Part shown: positions 19,790-31,000 of the stretch, one piece after another | Position numbering within the stretch: position 1 is the first letter of the stretch | Layout: each line of letters opens with the position of its first letter | Assembly (NCBI RefSeq): GCF_035474595.1 | Contig: NZ_DATIND010000152.1 | Span: forward strand, 3,518 to 67,517 | Length of the DNA stretch: 64,000 bases | From: Longimicrobium sp. | GTDB taxonomy: Bacteria > Gemmatimonadota > Gemmatimonadetes > Longimicrobiales > Longimicrobiaceae | Reading direction: 5' to 3' | Position numbers and translations under genes: made by a program | Notes under the pieces: generated by a model | Told to the model about the DNA's origin: nothing | Seen by the model: the letters and a program-made list of their open reading frames with translations, nothing else | The model's database searches: none

Positions 19790-20119
19790 GGCCTCGGGCA
19801 TCGCGCCCTCTCCGGCCGACTGAGGCCGTCCACCTCTCCCGTACCGGGAGAGGTAGCTGGACGGGCATCGCGGGGGAGGGGAGAACTGAACGCGGGGGAG
19901 CTTCCGGGACCGCAGGGATGCTGGATTGGGCCACGCATCACACCGGAAGCGCGGCATGCACCACCACCGGCGCGCCACGTTCGAAGTTACCCCTCCCGTT
20001 ATCGGGAGGGGTACGCGGCCCCAGCCGCGGGGGGAGGGCTCCGCGGGTACGCGCCGAAGCCCGGTTCGAACCGAGGGAATCCGTAGCTCCTGAGCCACGC
20101 ACGCTCGACTGAAAGACCG
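19790..20119. repeat. Intergenic composite REP-like cassette 2
   Basis: Unit A 19799-19860, partial B, unit C 19981-20038. Confidence 0.85.
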
Positions 20120-23100
20120 ATGAGCGACACGCAGACACCGCCGATCTCCCCCGACCGCCTCGCGTCCGCCAAGCGCCAGCTCCTCGCGCGGCGGCTGCGC
20201 GGCGAGGTGAAGGCGCCCGCGCCGCGCGACGCCATCCGCAAGGCGCCGGGCGGGCCCGCGTACCCCATGAGCTATCAGCAGGAGCAGCTCTGGTTCCTGG
20301 ACCAGCTCCAGCCGGGAAGCCCGTTCTACAACATCCCCTCGGCCAACCTGGTCTCCGCGCGCATCGACGTGCCCACGCTGGAGCGCGCGCTGGGCGAGAT
20401 CGTGCGCCGGCACGAGGCGCTGCGCACCGTCTTCCGCCTGGTGGACGGGCGGCCGATGCAGATCGTGCAGCCGCCTTTCGCCCTCCGCGTTCCCGTGGAG
20501 GAGCTGCGCGGCGCGGACGGCGGAGACGCGCCCGCGGAGAGGGTGCGGCGCAAGGTGGGCGAGTGGGGCGCGCTCCCGTTCGACCTGCAGAACGGGCCGC
20601 TCATCCGCGCGCGGCTGTACCGCGTGTCGGAAGACGACTGCATGCTGGCGATGAACATCCACCACATCGCCACCGACGGCTGGTCAATGCCGCTCATCAC
20701 CCGCGAGATGGAGGAGCTGTACGAGGCCTTCGCGCGCGGCGAGCCGTCGCCGCTGGCCGAGCTGGAGGTGCAGTACGCCGACTACTCGGTCTGGCAGCGC
20801 GAGCACCTGGCCGGCGCGGCGATGGAGCGGCAGCTGGGCCACTGGCGCCGCCACCTGGAAGGCGCGCCGCCCTCGCTCGACCTTCCGTACGACCGGCCGC
20901 GCCCCGCCGTGCAGCGCAACCGCGGCGCCATCCACCGCTTCGTCTATCCCGCCGCGCTCACCTCGCAGTTGCACGCGCTGGGGACGGCGGAGCACGCGTC
21001 GGTGAACATGGTGTTCATGGCGGGCTTCAACCTCCTGCTGCAGCGCTACAGCGGGCAGAGCGACCTGGTGGTGGGCACGCTGCTGGGGAACCGCAACCGC
21101 GCGGAGCTGGAGTCGCTGGTCGGCTACTTCGTGAACTCCGGCGCCATCCGCACCCGGCTGGACGGCGACCCCACCTTCCGCGAGGTCGTGCGCCAGGTGC
21201 GCACCTCGGTGCTGGAGGCCGACGCCGCGCAGGAGGTGCCGTTCGACCGCGTGGTGGACGCCGTGGGCGCGCCGCGCGACCCCGCGCGCAACCCGCTGTT
21301 CCAGGTCATGTACTTCCACCACACCTTCGTGGGGATGCACCACCTGGACGACGAGGAGGGGCTGGCGTCGTCGCTGAACCTGCGCTCGCTGTACCAGGAG
21401 ACCGACGTGGTGCTGGTGGACACCGGCGCCGCCAAGTTCGACATGACCTGGGCCACGCTGGAGCAGGACGGCGCGCTCACGTCGATGGTGGAGTATTCGA
21501 CGGATCTGTTCGACGAGTCGACCATCGCCCGCATGGTGGCGCATCTCCGCGCGCTCCTGGCCGACGCCTGCGCCCGCCCGGACGTCCCCCTCTCCCGGCT
21601 GGAGATGGTGACAGCGGAGGAGCGGGAGATGCTGCTCGCCGCGGGGACCAACGAGGGCGCGTTCCCCCGCGGCGTCTCGCTCCCCGCGCTACTGCGGGCG
21701 CGCGCGGAGGCGATGCCGGACGCCGCCGCGGTGGAGTTCGAGGACGCATCGTGGACGTATGCGCAGCTCGCCGCGCGCGCCGACGCCGTCGCCGCGCGGC
21801 TGCTGCGCCTGGGCGTGGCGCCGGGGGACGCGGTCGGCATCGAGGCGGCCAGCACCGCGCGGGTCGTCGCCTCCATCGCGGGGGTGCTGCGGCTGGGCGC
21901 GGCGGTGGTCCCGCTCGACCCCGAATATCCGCGCGAGCGGCTGGCGTTCATGGCCGGCGACACGGGCATCCGCGCCGTCCTCGCCGAAGGAGACCGGCTG
22001 GCGTGGCTCGGCGAGCGCCCCGGCACCACCGTCGTCCGGCTGGACCGCGAGTGGGCGGAGATCGAGGCGGAGCCCGTCCCCCACCATCTCCCCGACGCCG
22101 ATCCCGAGGCCGCCGCCTACCTCATCTACACCTCCGGATCGACCGGGACGCCGAAGGGGGTGCGCGTTCCCCACCGCGCGGTCGTGCGGACCACGCATCG
22201 CCCCGATTACGTGGAGATCGGGCCCGGCGCGCGGATGGCGCAGCAGAGCAGCCTGTCGTTCGACGCGTCGGTGTTCGAGGTGTGGGGCGCGCTGCTGAAC
22301 GGCGCCACGCTGGTGAACGTGCCGCGCGACATCCTCCTCGACGCGGGTGCGTACGGCCGCGCGCTGGCGGAGAAGCGCATCTCCGTGGCCTTCCTCACCA
22401 CCGGGCTCTTCCACCAGGTGGCGGACACGAACCCGGCCGCCTTCGCGTCGCTCGGCCACGTCCTCTTCGGCGGCGAAGCCGTGTCGGCCGCGCACGTGCG
22501 GCGGGTGAGCGAGGCGCATCCCCATCTCCGCCTGACCAACCTGTACGGCCCCACCGAGGTGGCGGTGGTCACCACCAGCCACCGCGTGGCCCCCGCCGAC
22601 GTGGAGCGCGCGTCGATCCCCATCGGCCGGCCGATCGGCGGGACGCGCGTGTACGTGATGACGGCGGGCGGGCAGATGGCGGGTGTGGGCGTGCCCGGCG
22701 AGCTGTACGCGGCGGGCGAGGGCGTGGCGCTGGGCTACCACCGCCGCCCGGAGCTGGATGCGGAGCGTTTCGTTCCGGATCCGTTCGTGGCGGGCGCCAT
22801 CGCGTACCGTACGGGCGACCGCGTGAGATGGTGCGAAAGTGCGAAAGTGCGAGAGTGCGAAAGTAACTCACCGCGCGCGGAGTTTTCTTCTCCGACACCC
22901 GGTCGCCCGACGCTCGCGCGGCCGTATGCAGGCCGCGCCGACCCCGTCCCTCCCCCAGGCAGTTTCGGGGGAGGGACAGGCGAGGAACGAGCCAGGGAGA
23001 GGGCCCACGAGGCCGAGGATCCGCGCGGTGCCGAATCCCGCGACGAACCCACTCTCGCACTCTCGCACTCTCGCACTTTCGCACTTCAGTTCCTGGGTCG

Positions 23101-25093
23101 CATCGACGACCAGGTAAAAGTCCGCGGCTTCCGCATCGAGCCGGGCGAGGTCGAGGCGGCGCTGCGGCTCCATCCCGCGCTCCGCGACGCCGCCGTGGCC
23201 GTGCGCGAGGACGGCGGCGAGAAGCGGCTCGCCGGCTACGTCGTCCCCGTCGCCGAGGCGCCGGCGGCGGACGAGCTGCGCGCGTTCCTGAAGGCGCGGC
23301 TTCCCGCGTACATGGTGCCGGCCGTGTTCGTCACCATGGACGCGCTCCCGCTGGCGCCCAGCGGCAAGGTGGACCGCGCGCGCCTCCCCGCGCCCGACGG
23401 GCGGCGGCTGGAGTCGGCACAGGGGTACGCCGCCCCGCGCACTCCGGCCGAGGAGGCGCTGGCCGGCATCTGGGCCGAGGTGCTGCGCCTCCCGCGCGTG
23501 GGCGTGCACGACAACTTCTTCGCGCTGGGGGGAGATTCCATCGTCTCCATCCAGGTGATCGCACGCGCCAACCAGGCCGGCATCCGCATCTCCCCGCGCC
23601 ACGTGTTCGTGCACCAGACGGTGGCCGAGCTGGCCGCCGCCGCGAACGAGACCGGCGCGCCCGTCGCCGAGCAGGGAATCATCACCGGCCCCGCGCCGCT
23701 CACCCCCATCCAGCGCTGGTTCTTCGCGCAGGAGCCCCCCGAGCCGCACCACTTCAACCTCGCCGTCGTCTGGGAGATGGCGGAGCGCGCCGATGCCGCC
23801 ACCGTGGAGCGCGCCGCCGCCGCCATCGTCGCCCACCACGACGCGCTGCGGATGCGCTTCGAGCACGGCGCGGACGGGTGGCGGCAGACGAACGCCGACG
23901 CGTCCGGCCCCGCGCCGTTCGAGGCCATCGACCTTTCCTCCATCCCCCCCGCGGAGCGCGAGGCGGCGTTCACCGCCCGGGCGGACGCGGTGCAGCGCTC
24001 GCTGGACCTAGCCGCCGGGCCGCTCGTCCGCTTCGCGCGGGTGGAGATGGGCGGCGGCGCGCCGCGCCTCCTCCTCGTCGCGCACCACCTGGTGATGGAC
24101 GCGGTGTCCATCGGCATCGTCGCGGCGGACCTGGAGACGGCGATCCGCCAGCTCGCGGCCGGCGGGGAGGTGCATCTTCCTCCCAAGACCACGTCGTTCC
24201 GCCACTGGGCCGAGCGCCTGGCGGCACACGCGCGCAGCGGCGAGGTGCGCGCGCAGGCGGCGTTCTGGCTGGAGCAGCCCGCCGCCGCGCCGCTCCCCGC
24301 GGACTTCGCGGATGCTCCCAATCCGGAGGGCGAGGCGGACCGTGTCTCCGTCGAGCTGGACGCGGAGACCACGCGCGCGCTGCTGCACGACGCCCCGGCC
24401 GCGTACCAGACGCAGATCGGCGACCTCCTGCTGGCCGCGCTCGCCCGCGCCTTCCGCGGGTGGACGGGGGAGCGCGCGCTGCTGGTGGACGTGGAGGGCC
24501 ACGGCCGCGAGGACCTGTTCGACGGGGTGGACCTGTCGCGCACCGTCGGCTGGTTCACGGCCATCCACCCGCTCCGCATCGAGCTGCCGGAGGAGGACGG
24601 CCCGGGCGAGGCCATCAAGGCGGTGAAGGAGCAGATCCGCGCCGTCCCCGCGCGCGGCATCTCGCACGGGCTGCTGCGCTGGCTCTCGGACGATCCCGAG
24701 ATCCCCGCGCTGCTCGCCGCCCTCCCGCGGCCGCAGGTCGCCTTCAACTACATCGGGCGGATGGAGATGGGGGGCGGGGAGGATGCCGCGCTCCTCCGCC
24801 CGTCGGACGCGGACGCGGGGACCGGCCGCGGCCCCGCCGCCGGGCGCCCGCACCTGGTCTCTATCGACGCGATGGTGATGGACGGTCAACTGCACGCCAC
24901 GTGGAGCTACGGCGCGCGCGTCCACCGCCGCGAGACGATCGGGCGCGTGGCGGAGGCGTTCGTGGCCGAGTTGCGGGCGCTGGTCGAGCACTGCCGCGAC
25001 CCGCGCGCCGGCGGCTACACCCCGTCGGACTTCGCGCTGGCGGAGCTGGACCAGGGTGCGCTGGACTCGCTCCTGGCGCGGCTGGGCGGGTGA
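20120..25093 (+). CDS. NRPS3: C(atypical)-A(aliphatic-like, DAFFLGLVVK)-T-E with C-terminal COM helix
   Basis: C HHIATDG. T GGDSI (pre-E type). E motifs HHLVMDAVS, EGHGRE, RTVGWFT, FNYIG. Ends YTPSDF...LDSLL. Confidence 0.92.
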   Translation: MSDTQTPPISPDRLASAKRQLLARRLRGEVKAPAPRDAIRKAPGGPAYPMSYQQEQLWFLDQLQPGSPFYNIPSANLVSARIDVPTLERALGEIVRRHEALRTVFRLVDGRPMQIVQPPFALRVPVEELRGADGGDAPAERVRRKVGEWGALPFDLQNGPLIRARLYRVSEDDCMLAMNIHHIATDGWSMPLITREMEELYEAFARGEPSPLAELEVQYADYSVWQREHLAGAAMERQLGHWRRHLEGAPPSLDLPYDRPRPAVQRNRGAIHRFVYPAALTSQLHALGTAEHASVNMVFMAGFNLLLQRYSGQSDLVVGTLLGNRNRAELESLVGYFVNSGAIRTRLDGDPTFREVVRQVRTSVLEADAAQEVPFDRVVDAVGAPRDPARNPLFQVMYFHHTFVGMHHLDDEEGLASSLNLRSLYQETDVVLVDTGAAKFDMTWATLEQDGALTSMVEYSTDLFDESTIARMVAHLRALLADACARPDVPLSRLEMVTAEEREMLLAAGTNEGAFPRGVSLPALLRARAEAMPDAAAVEFEDASWTYAQLAARADAVAARLLRLGVAPGDAVGIEAASTARVVASIAGVLRLGAAVVPLDPEYPRERLAFMAGDTGIRAVLAEGDRLAWLGERPGTTVVRLDREWAEIEAEPVPHHLPDADPEAAAYLIYTSGSTGTPKGVRVPHRAVVRTTHRPDYVEIGPGARMAQQSSLSFDASVFEVWGALLNGATLVNVPRDILLDAGAYGRALAEKRISVAFLTTGLFHQVADTNPAAFASLGHVLFGGEAVSAAHVRRVSEAHPHLRLTNLYGPTEVAVVTTSHRVAPADVERASIPIGRPIGGTRVYVMTAGGQMAGVGVPGELYAAGEGVALGYHRRPELDAERFVPDPFVAGAIAYRTGDRVRWCESAKVRECESNSPRAEFSSPTPGRPTLARPYAGRADPVPPPGSFGGGTGEERARERAHEAEDPRGAESRDEPTLALSHSRTFALQFLGRIDDQVKVRGFRIEPGEVEAALRLHPALRDAAVAVREDGGEKRLAGYVVPVAEAPAADELRAFLKARLPAYMVPAVFVTMDALPLAPSGKVDRARLPAPDGRRLESAQGYAAPRTPAEEALAGIWAEVLRLPRVGVHDNFFALGGDSIVSIQVIARANQAGIRISPRHVFVHQTVAELAAAANETGAPVAEQGIITGPAPLTPIQRWFFAQEPPEPHHFNLAVVWEMAERADAATVERAAAAIVAHHDALRMRFEHGADGWRQTNADASGPAPFEAIDLSSIPPAEREAAFTARADAVQRSLDLAAGPLVRFARVEMGGGAPRLLLVAHHLVMDAVSIGIVAADLETAIRQLAAGGEVHLPPKTTSFRHWAERLAAHARSGEVRAQAAFWLEQPAAAPLPADFADAPNPEGEADRVSVELDAETTRALLHDAPAAYQTQIGDLLLAALARAFRGWTGERALLVDVEGHGREDLFDGVDLSRTVGWFTAIHPLRIELPEEDGPGEAIKAVKEQIRAVPARGISHGLLRWLSDDPEIPALLAALPRPQVAFNYIGRMEMGGGEDAALLRPSDADAGTGRGPAAGRPHLVSIDAMVMDGQLHATWSYGARVHRRETIGRVAEAFVAELRALVEHCRDPRAGGYTPSDFALAELDQGALDSLLARLGG
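22831..23084 (+). repeat. In-frame palindromic A7-A8 insert, copy 4 (84 codons)
   Basis: Same arms and core. Confidence 0.95.
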
Positions 25094-25098
25094 GCGGG

Positions 25099-28000
25099 AT
25101 GAGCGACGCCGACCGCCTGGCCGCCCTCCCGGCCGAGAAGCGCCGCCTCCTCGAGGCGCGGCTGCGCATCGCGCGCGACGCCGTGTCCGGCGGCGGCGCC
25201 GGGGCGCTGCGCCCGCGCGCGCGGCCGGACGGCACGGCGCCGCTCTCGTTCGCGCAGCAGCGCCAGTGGCTGCTGGAGCGGATGGATCCGGGGACGGCGA
25301 CCTGGAACATGCCCGTGGCGCTGCGGCTCCGCGGCGCGCTCCACGTCCCGGCGCTGGAGCGCGCGCTCGACGCGCTGCGCGACCGGCACGAGTCGCTGCG
25401 CACCACCTTCGCCGAGCGCGGCGGCGCGGCGGTGCAGGTCGTCCACCCCTTCGTCCCCATCCCCCTGCCGGTCGAGGACCTGTCGCACCTCGACGGTTCG
25501 GAGCGCGAGGCCGAGGCGATGCGGCGCGCGCAGGCGGACATGGACGCGGGGTTCGCCCTGGCGGCCGGGCCGCTCTTCCGCGCGCGGCTGCTGCGGCTGG
25601 CCGCCGCCGACCACGCGCTGCTCCTGTGCATGCACCACATCGTCAGCGACGGGTGGAGCCTGGGGGTGATGGAGCGCGAGCTGGCCGCCCTCTACGCCGC
25701 CTTCGCCGCGGGGGCGCCGAACCCCCTGCCGCCGCCCGCGCTGCAGTACGCGGACTTCGCGGCATGGCAGCGCGAGTGGCTGTCGGGCGACCGGCTGGAC
25801 GGCGAGGTGGAGTTCTGGCGGCGCGCGCTGGCCGGCGCCCCGCCCGCGCTGGCGCTGCCCACCGACCACCCGCGCCCGCCGGTGAAGAGCGCGCGCGGCG
25901 CCCGCGTCTCGGTGGACCTGCCGCACGCGGTGGCGGAGCGGCTGCGCGCGCTGGCGCGGGGCGAGAACGCCACCCTCTTCGCCGTGCTGCTGGCGGCGCT
26001 CCGCGTGGTCCTCACGCGCTGGTCCGGCGACGACGACGTGGTGATCGGTACGCCGGTGGCCGGAAGGACGCGGATGGAGACGGAGGCGCTCGTCGGCTAC
26101 TTCGTGAACACGCTGGCGCTGCGCACGCCGCTCTCCGGCGACCCGCCCTTCCGCGCGCTGCTGCGCCGCGAGGCCGAGACGGCGCTGAGCGCGTTCTCGC
26201 ACCAGGAGCTGCCGTTCGACCGCGTGGTGGACGAGCTGAAGGCGCCGCGCGACCCCTCGCGCACGCCGCTCTTCCAGGTGATGCTCGCGCTCCGCAACGC
26301 CGGCGAGGACGGGCTCCGGCTCCCGGGTCTGGCTGTGGAGCCGATGGCGACGGAGCTGCACGTCAGCCGCTTCGACCTCACCTTCGAGGCGGCCGAATCC
26401 GACGGCGAGATCAACCTGGTCTGCGACTACGACGCCGCGCTCTTCGAGCCGTCCACCGCGCGCGCGCTCCTCGATCACCTCGCCCTCGTCCTCCACCGCG
26501 CCGCCGAATCCCCCGACGCGACGCTCTCCGCAGTGGCGACGTGGGACAAAAAGGACAACGCGCCCCGGGTCGCCCCGAACGACCCGGCATCGCTCCTGTG
26601 GGACAAAAAGGACAACGTCTCGGAGCGAAGCGAAACCGTCGTCAGCCGCTTCCTCGCCGCCGCGGCGCGGACGCCGGATGCGCCCGCGCTGGCGTGGCGC
26701 GATGGGGGGATGACATACGCGGAGCTGGAGATGCGCTCCGCCGCGCTGGCTGCCGGGCTGCGCGCCCGAGGCGCCGGGCCGGAGACGGTCGCCGGCGTGT
26801 TCGCCGAATGGTCGCCGGAGCTGGTGATCGCGCTGCTGGGAGTGATGCGCAGCGGCGCCGCGTATCTCCCGCTCGACGCGTCGCTCCCGCTTGAGCGCAT
26901 CGGCTGGCTGCTGGGGGATACGCACGCGCGCATCGTGGTGACGACGCCCGCCCTGCGCGACAGCCTTCCCGACGGCGGCCGCTTCGTAGCGCTGGTGGAT
27001 GCGGCGGAGACGGCGGACCGGGGGGATTGGGAGGACGGGGAGATCGACCCCGATTCCGCCGCCTGGATCGTCCACACCTCGGGGACGACGGGCGCGCCGA
27101 AGGGCGTCGTGGTCCCGTACGGCGCGGTGGCCGCGCACCTGGCCGCGGTCGCGGAGGCGTACGGGCTGGCGCCGGAGGATCGGACGCTCGGCTTCGCGGC
27201 GCTGTCGTTCGATCCGTCGCTGGAGCAGGTGCTGGCGCCGCTGGCCGTCGGCGCGTCCGTCGCCCTGCGCGACGCGGAGCCGTGGACGCCGGAGGAATTA
27301 GCGCGGCGCCTCCCGGCGCTGGGCGTCACCGTCGCCAATCTCCCCACGCCGTACTGGCACCAGCTCGTCCGCGAGCCGGAGGCGGCCGCCGCGGTGAAGC
27401 GATCCGTCCGCCTCCTCGTTGCCGGCGGCGAAGCCATGCACCCCGACGCCGTCCGCGCCTGGGACGCGCTCCCCGGCGGCGCCGCGCTGCTGAACGCGTA
27501 CGGCCCCACCGAGGCCGTCGTCACCGCCACCTTCTTCCCCGTCCGCGACGGCTTCGCGGCCGCCGACCCTGCGCGCGTCCCCATTGGCGCGGCGATCGCC
27601 GGCCGCGAGCCGCGCGTGGTAGACGCGATGCTGCGCGCGGTCCCGAACGGTGCGCCCGGCGAGCTCTGCCTGGGCGGCCCCGCGCTGGCCCGCGGCTACC
27701 TGCGCGCCCCCGCCCTCACGGCGGAGCGCTTCGTCCCCGACCCGTTTTCCCGCGAGGCGGGGGCGCGGATGTACCGAACGGGCGACCGCGTGAGATGGTG
27801 CGAAAGTGCGAAAGTGCGACAGTGCGAAAGTATCAACTCGGCACTCCCGCATCCGACGCTCACGCCGATGGATGCAGGCCCCGCGAACCCCGTCCCTCCC
27901 CCAGGCAGTTTTGGGGGAGGGACAGGCGAGGAACGAGCCAGGGAGAGGGCCCGCGGAGGCGCGGAAACGCGCACCGCCGACTCCTGCGATGTGTCCACTT

Positions 28001-31000
28001 TCGCACTCTCGCACTCTCGCACTTTCGCACCTTCGCTCGCACTCGATCTCCTCGGCCGCACCGACGCGCAGGTAAAGATCAGCGGCGCGCGCGTCGAGCC
28101 CGGCGAGGTCGAAGCCGCCCTGCGCGCGCTCCCCGACGTGGCGGAATGCGCCGTCGCCGCGCGGGCGGACGCGTCGGGGGAGATGCGGCTCGCGGCGTAC
28201 GTCGTCCCGCGCGGCGAGCTGGACGCCGCCGCCGTCCGCGCCGCGCTGGCCGCGCGCCTCCCGGCGTGGCTCGTCCCCTCGGCAATCGTCCCCATCGGCG
28301 CGATCCCGCGCACGGCCACGGGAAAGATCGACCGCCGCGCCCTCCCGCCGCCCGACTTCGCCGCCGCCTCCGCGCGCGGCGAGCCGCCGGTGACCGAAGA
28401 CGAGCGGATGCTGGCCGCGATCTGGGCCGAGGTGCTGGGCGCGGACGCCATCGCCGCGAGCGACAACTTCTTCGAGCGCGGCGGGCACTCGCTGATGGCC
28501 ACGCAGGTCGTCTCCCGCGTCCGCTCGCTCCTGGGCGTGGAGCTGCCGATGCGCGCCGTCTTCGAATCCCCCGTGCTCCGCGACCAGGCCCGCCGCCTCG
28601 GCGCGCTGCGCGGGGCGGGGGAGATGGAGCAGGCGGGGGATGCGGCGCCGGCGCGGACGGAAGCGGCGGGGGCGCTCCCGCTGTCGTTCGCGCAGGAGCG
28701 GCTCTGGTTCATCGACCGGATGGAGCCGGGGAGCGCCGCCTACAACGTCCCCGCCGTGCTCGACGTCACCGGCCCGCTGGACGTGGCCGCGCTGGAGCGC
28801 GCGCTCGGCGAGATCGTCCGCCGCCACGAGCCGCTGCGCACCGTTTTCGCCATCGAAGGCGACGCGCCGGTGCAGGTCGTGCAGCCTTTCACCGGCTTCC
28901 ATCTCCCCGTCACCGACCTGTCACGGCTCCCGGCGGAGGTGCGCGAGCTGGAGACGGAGCGCGCCCTTGCCGCCGAGGCGCGCGCGCCGTTCGACCTCGC
29001 CGCGGGGCCCGTCTTCCGCGCGCGCCTTATCCGCCAGGGCGAGCGCGAGCACGTCCTCTCGCTCGTCCTCCACCACATCGCCACCGACGCGTGGTCCGGC
29101 GGCATCATCCTGCGCGAGCTGGAGGCGCTGTACGACGCCTTCCGCCGCGGCCAGCCGTCGCCCCTCCCGCCGCTGCCGATGCGCTACGCCGAGTTCGCGG
29201 CGCGGCAACGCCAGTGGCTGAGCGGGCCCGCGCTCGAGCGGCAGCTGGAGTTCTGGCGCGCGCGGCTGGCCGGCGCCCCCGCGCTGCTCGAGCTCCCCGC
29301 CGACCGGCCGCGCCCGGCGGTGCAGGACACGGCCGGCGCCCTCCTCCCCTTCGTCCTTCCCGCCGACGCCGCCACCCTCGCGCGCGCCGCCGCCCGGCGC
29401 GAGGGCGCCACGCTGTTCATGGTGCTGCTGGCCGCCTTCCAGGCGCTCCTGCACCGCTGGACGGGCGAGGAAGACGTGGTGGTCGGCACGCCCATCGCCA
29501 ACCGCGCGCGGCCCGAGCTGGAGGGGCTGGCCGGCTTCTTCGGCAACACGCTGGCGCTGCGCGGCGACCTCTCCGGCGACCCGACGTTCGCCGCGCTGCT
29601 GCGCCGCGTGCGCGACGCCACGCTGGACGCGTACGCCCACCCGGACGTGCCGTTCGAGAAGCTGGTGGACGCGCTGAAGGTGCCGCGCAGCCTGAGCCAC
29701 GCGCCGCTTTTTCAGGTGATGCTCACCGTCCAGAACACGCCAGCGGGGGATGGCGATGCGCTCGGTGAGGCGCGCCTCCGCCCGCGCCGCGTGGAAACGG
29801 CCACGTCGCGCTTCGACCTGACGCTGATCCTGTTCGAGGCGGAGGATGGCCGGATCCGGGGCTGGGCCGAATACGCCACCGCGCTCTTCGACGAATCCAC
29901 CATCGAGCGCCTGACGCGCCACCTCGGGACGCTCCTCCGCGAGGCCGCCGCGTCGCCCGGCATCCCCATCTCCCACCTGTCCCTTCTGTCCGGCGAGGAG
30001 CGCGGCCAGCTCCTCCGCGGCCTCAACCGCACCGATCGCCCGCGCGCGGCGGAAACGGCGCACGCGCTCGTCGCCGCGCAGGCGGCGCGCACGCCGGACG
30101 CCGCCGCGATCGAACATCAGGGCGAGCGGGTGACATACCGGGAGATGGAGGCGCGCGCCAACCGCCTCGCGCACCGCCTGCGCCGCCTGGGCGTCGGCCC
30201 CGACGCGCGCGTCGCCGTGGCGATGGAGCGGTCGGTGGAGATGGTGATCGCCACGCTCGCCGTCGCGAAGGCGGGCGGCTGCTGCGTCGCCGTCGATCCG
30301 GCGTATCCCGCCGATCGCGTCGCGTACATGCTGGCCGACAGCCGCGCCGCCGTCGTCCTCACGACGTCGGACGTCGCCGCGCGCCTCGCCTCGTCCGCCG
30401 CACGCGTCCTCCGCATCGACGCCGAGCGCGAGGAGATCGCGCGCGAGCCGGCGGACGATCCGCGTGTCGAGGTCGATCCCGAGAACCTGTTCTACGTCCT
30501 CTACACCTCCGGTTCCACGGGCCGGCCGAAGGGCGCCGCGCTCCCGCACCGCGCCGTCGCCAACCTCCTGCGCTGGCAGATCGAGCGGTGGGGGGATGCC
30601 GCGCCCGTGCGGACGCTGCAGTTCGCCTCGCTCTCCTTCGACGTCGCGTTCCAGGAGATCTACGCCACGCTCGCCAGCGGCGGCACGCTCGTGCTGATCG
30701 ATGACGACACGCGGCGCGACCCCGAGGCGCTGATGCGGCATCTGCGCGAGCACCGCATCGAGCGGCTGTTCCTGCCGTTCGCGGCGCTGCAGAACCTCGT
30801 CGAGGGGACAGGGAAAAGGGGACAGGGGACAGGGAACGGCGATCCGGCCTCGTCCGCGGCGCATCTCCCCGACCTCCGCGAGGTGATCACCGCGGGCGAG
30901 GCGCTGCGGTCGACGCCGCAGCTGCGCGCCTTCTTCCGCGCGAACCCGCAAGCCGCGCTGGAGAACCAGTACGGGCCCAGCGAGACGCACGTCGTCTCGG

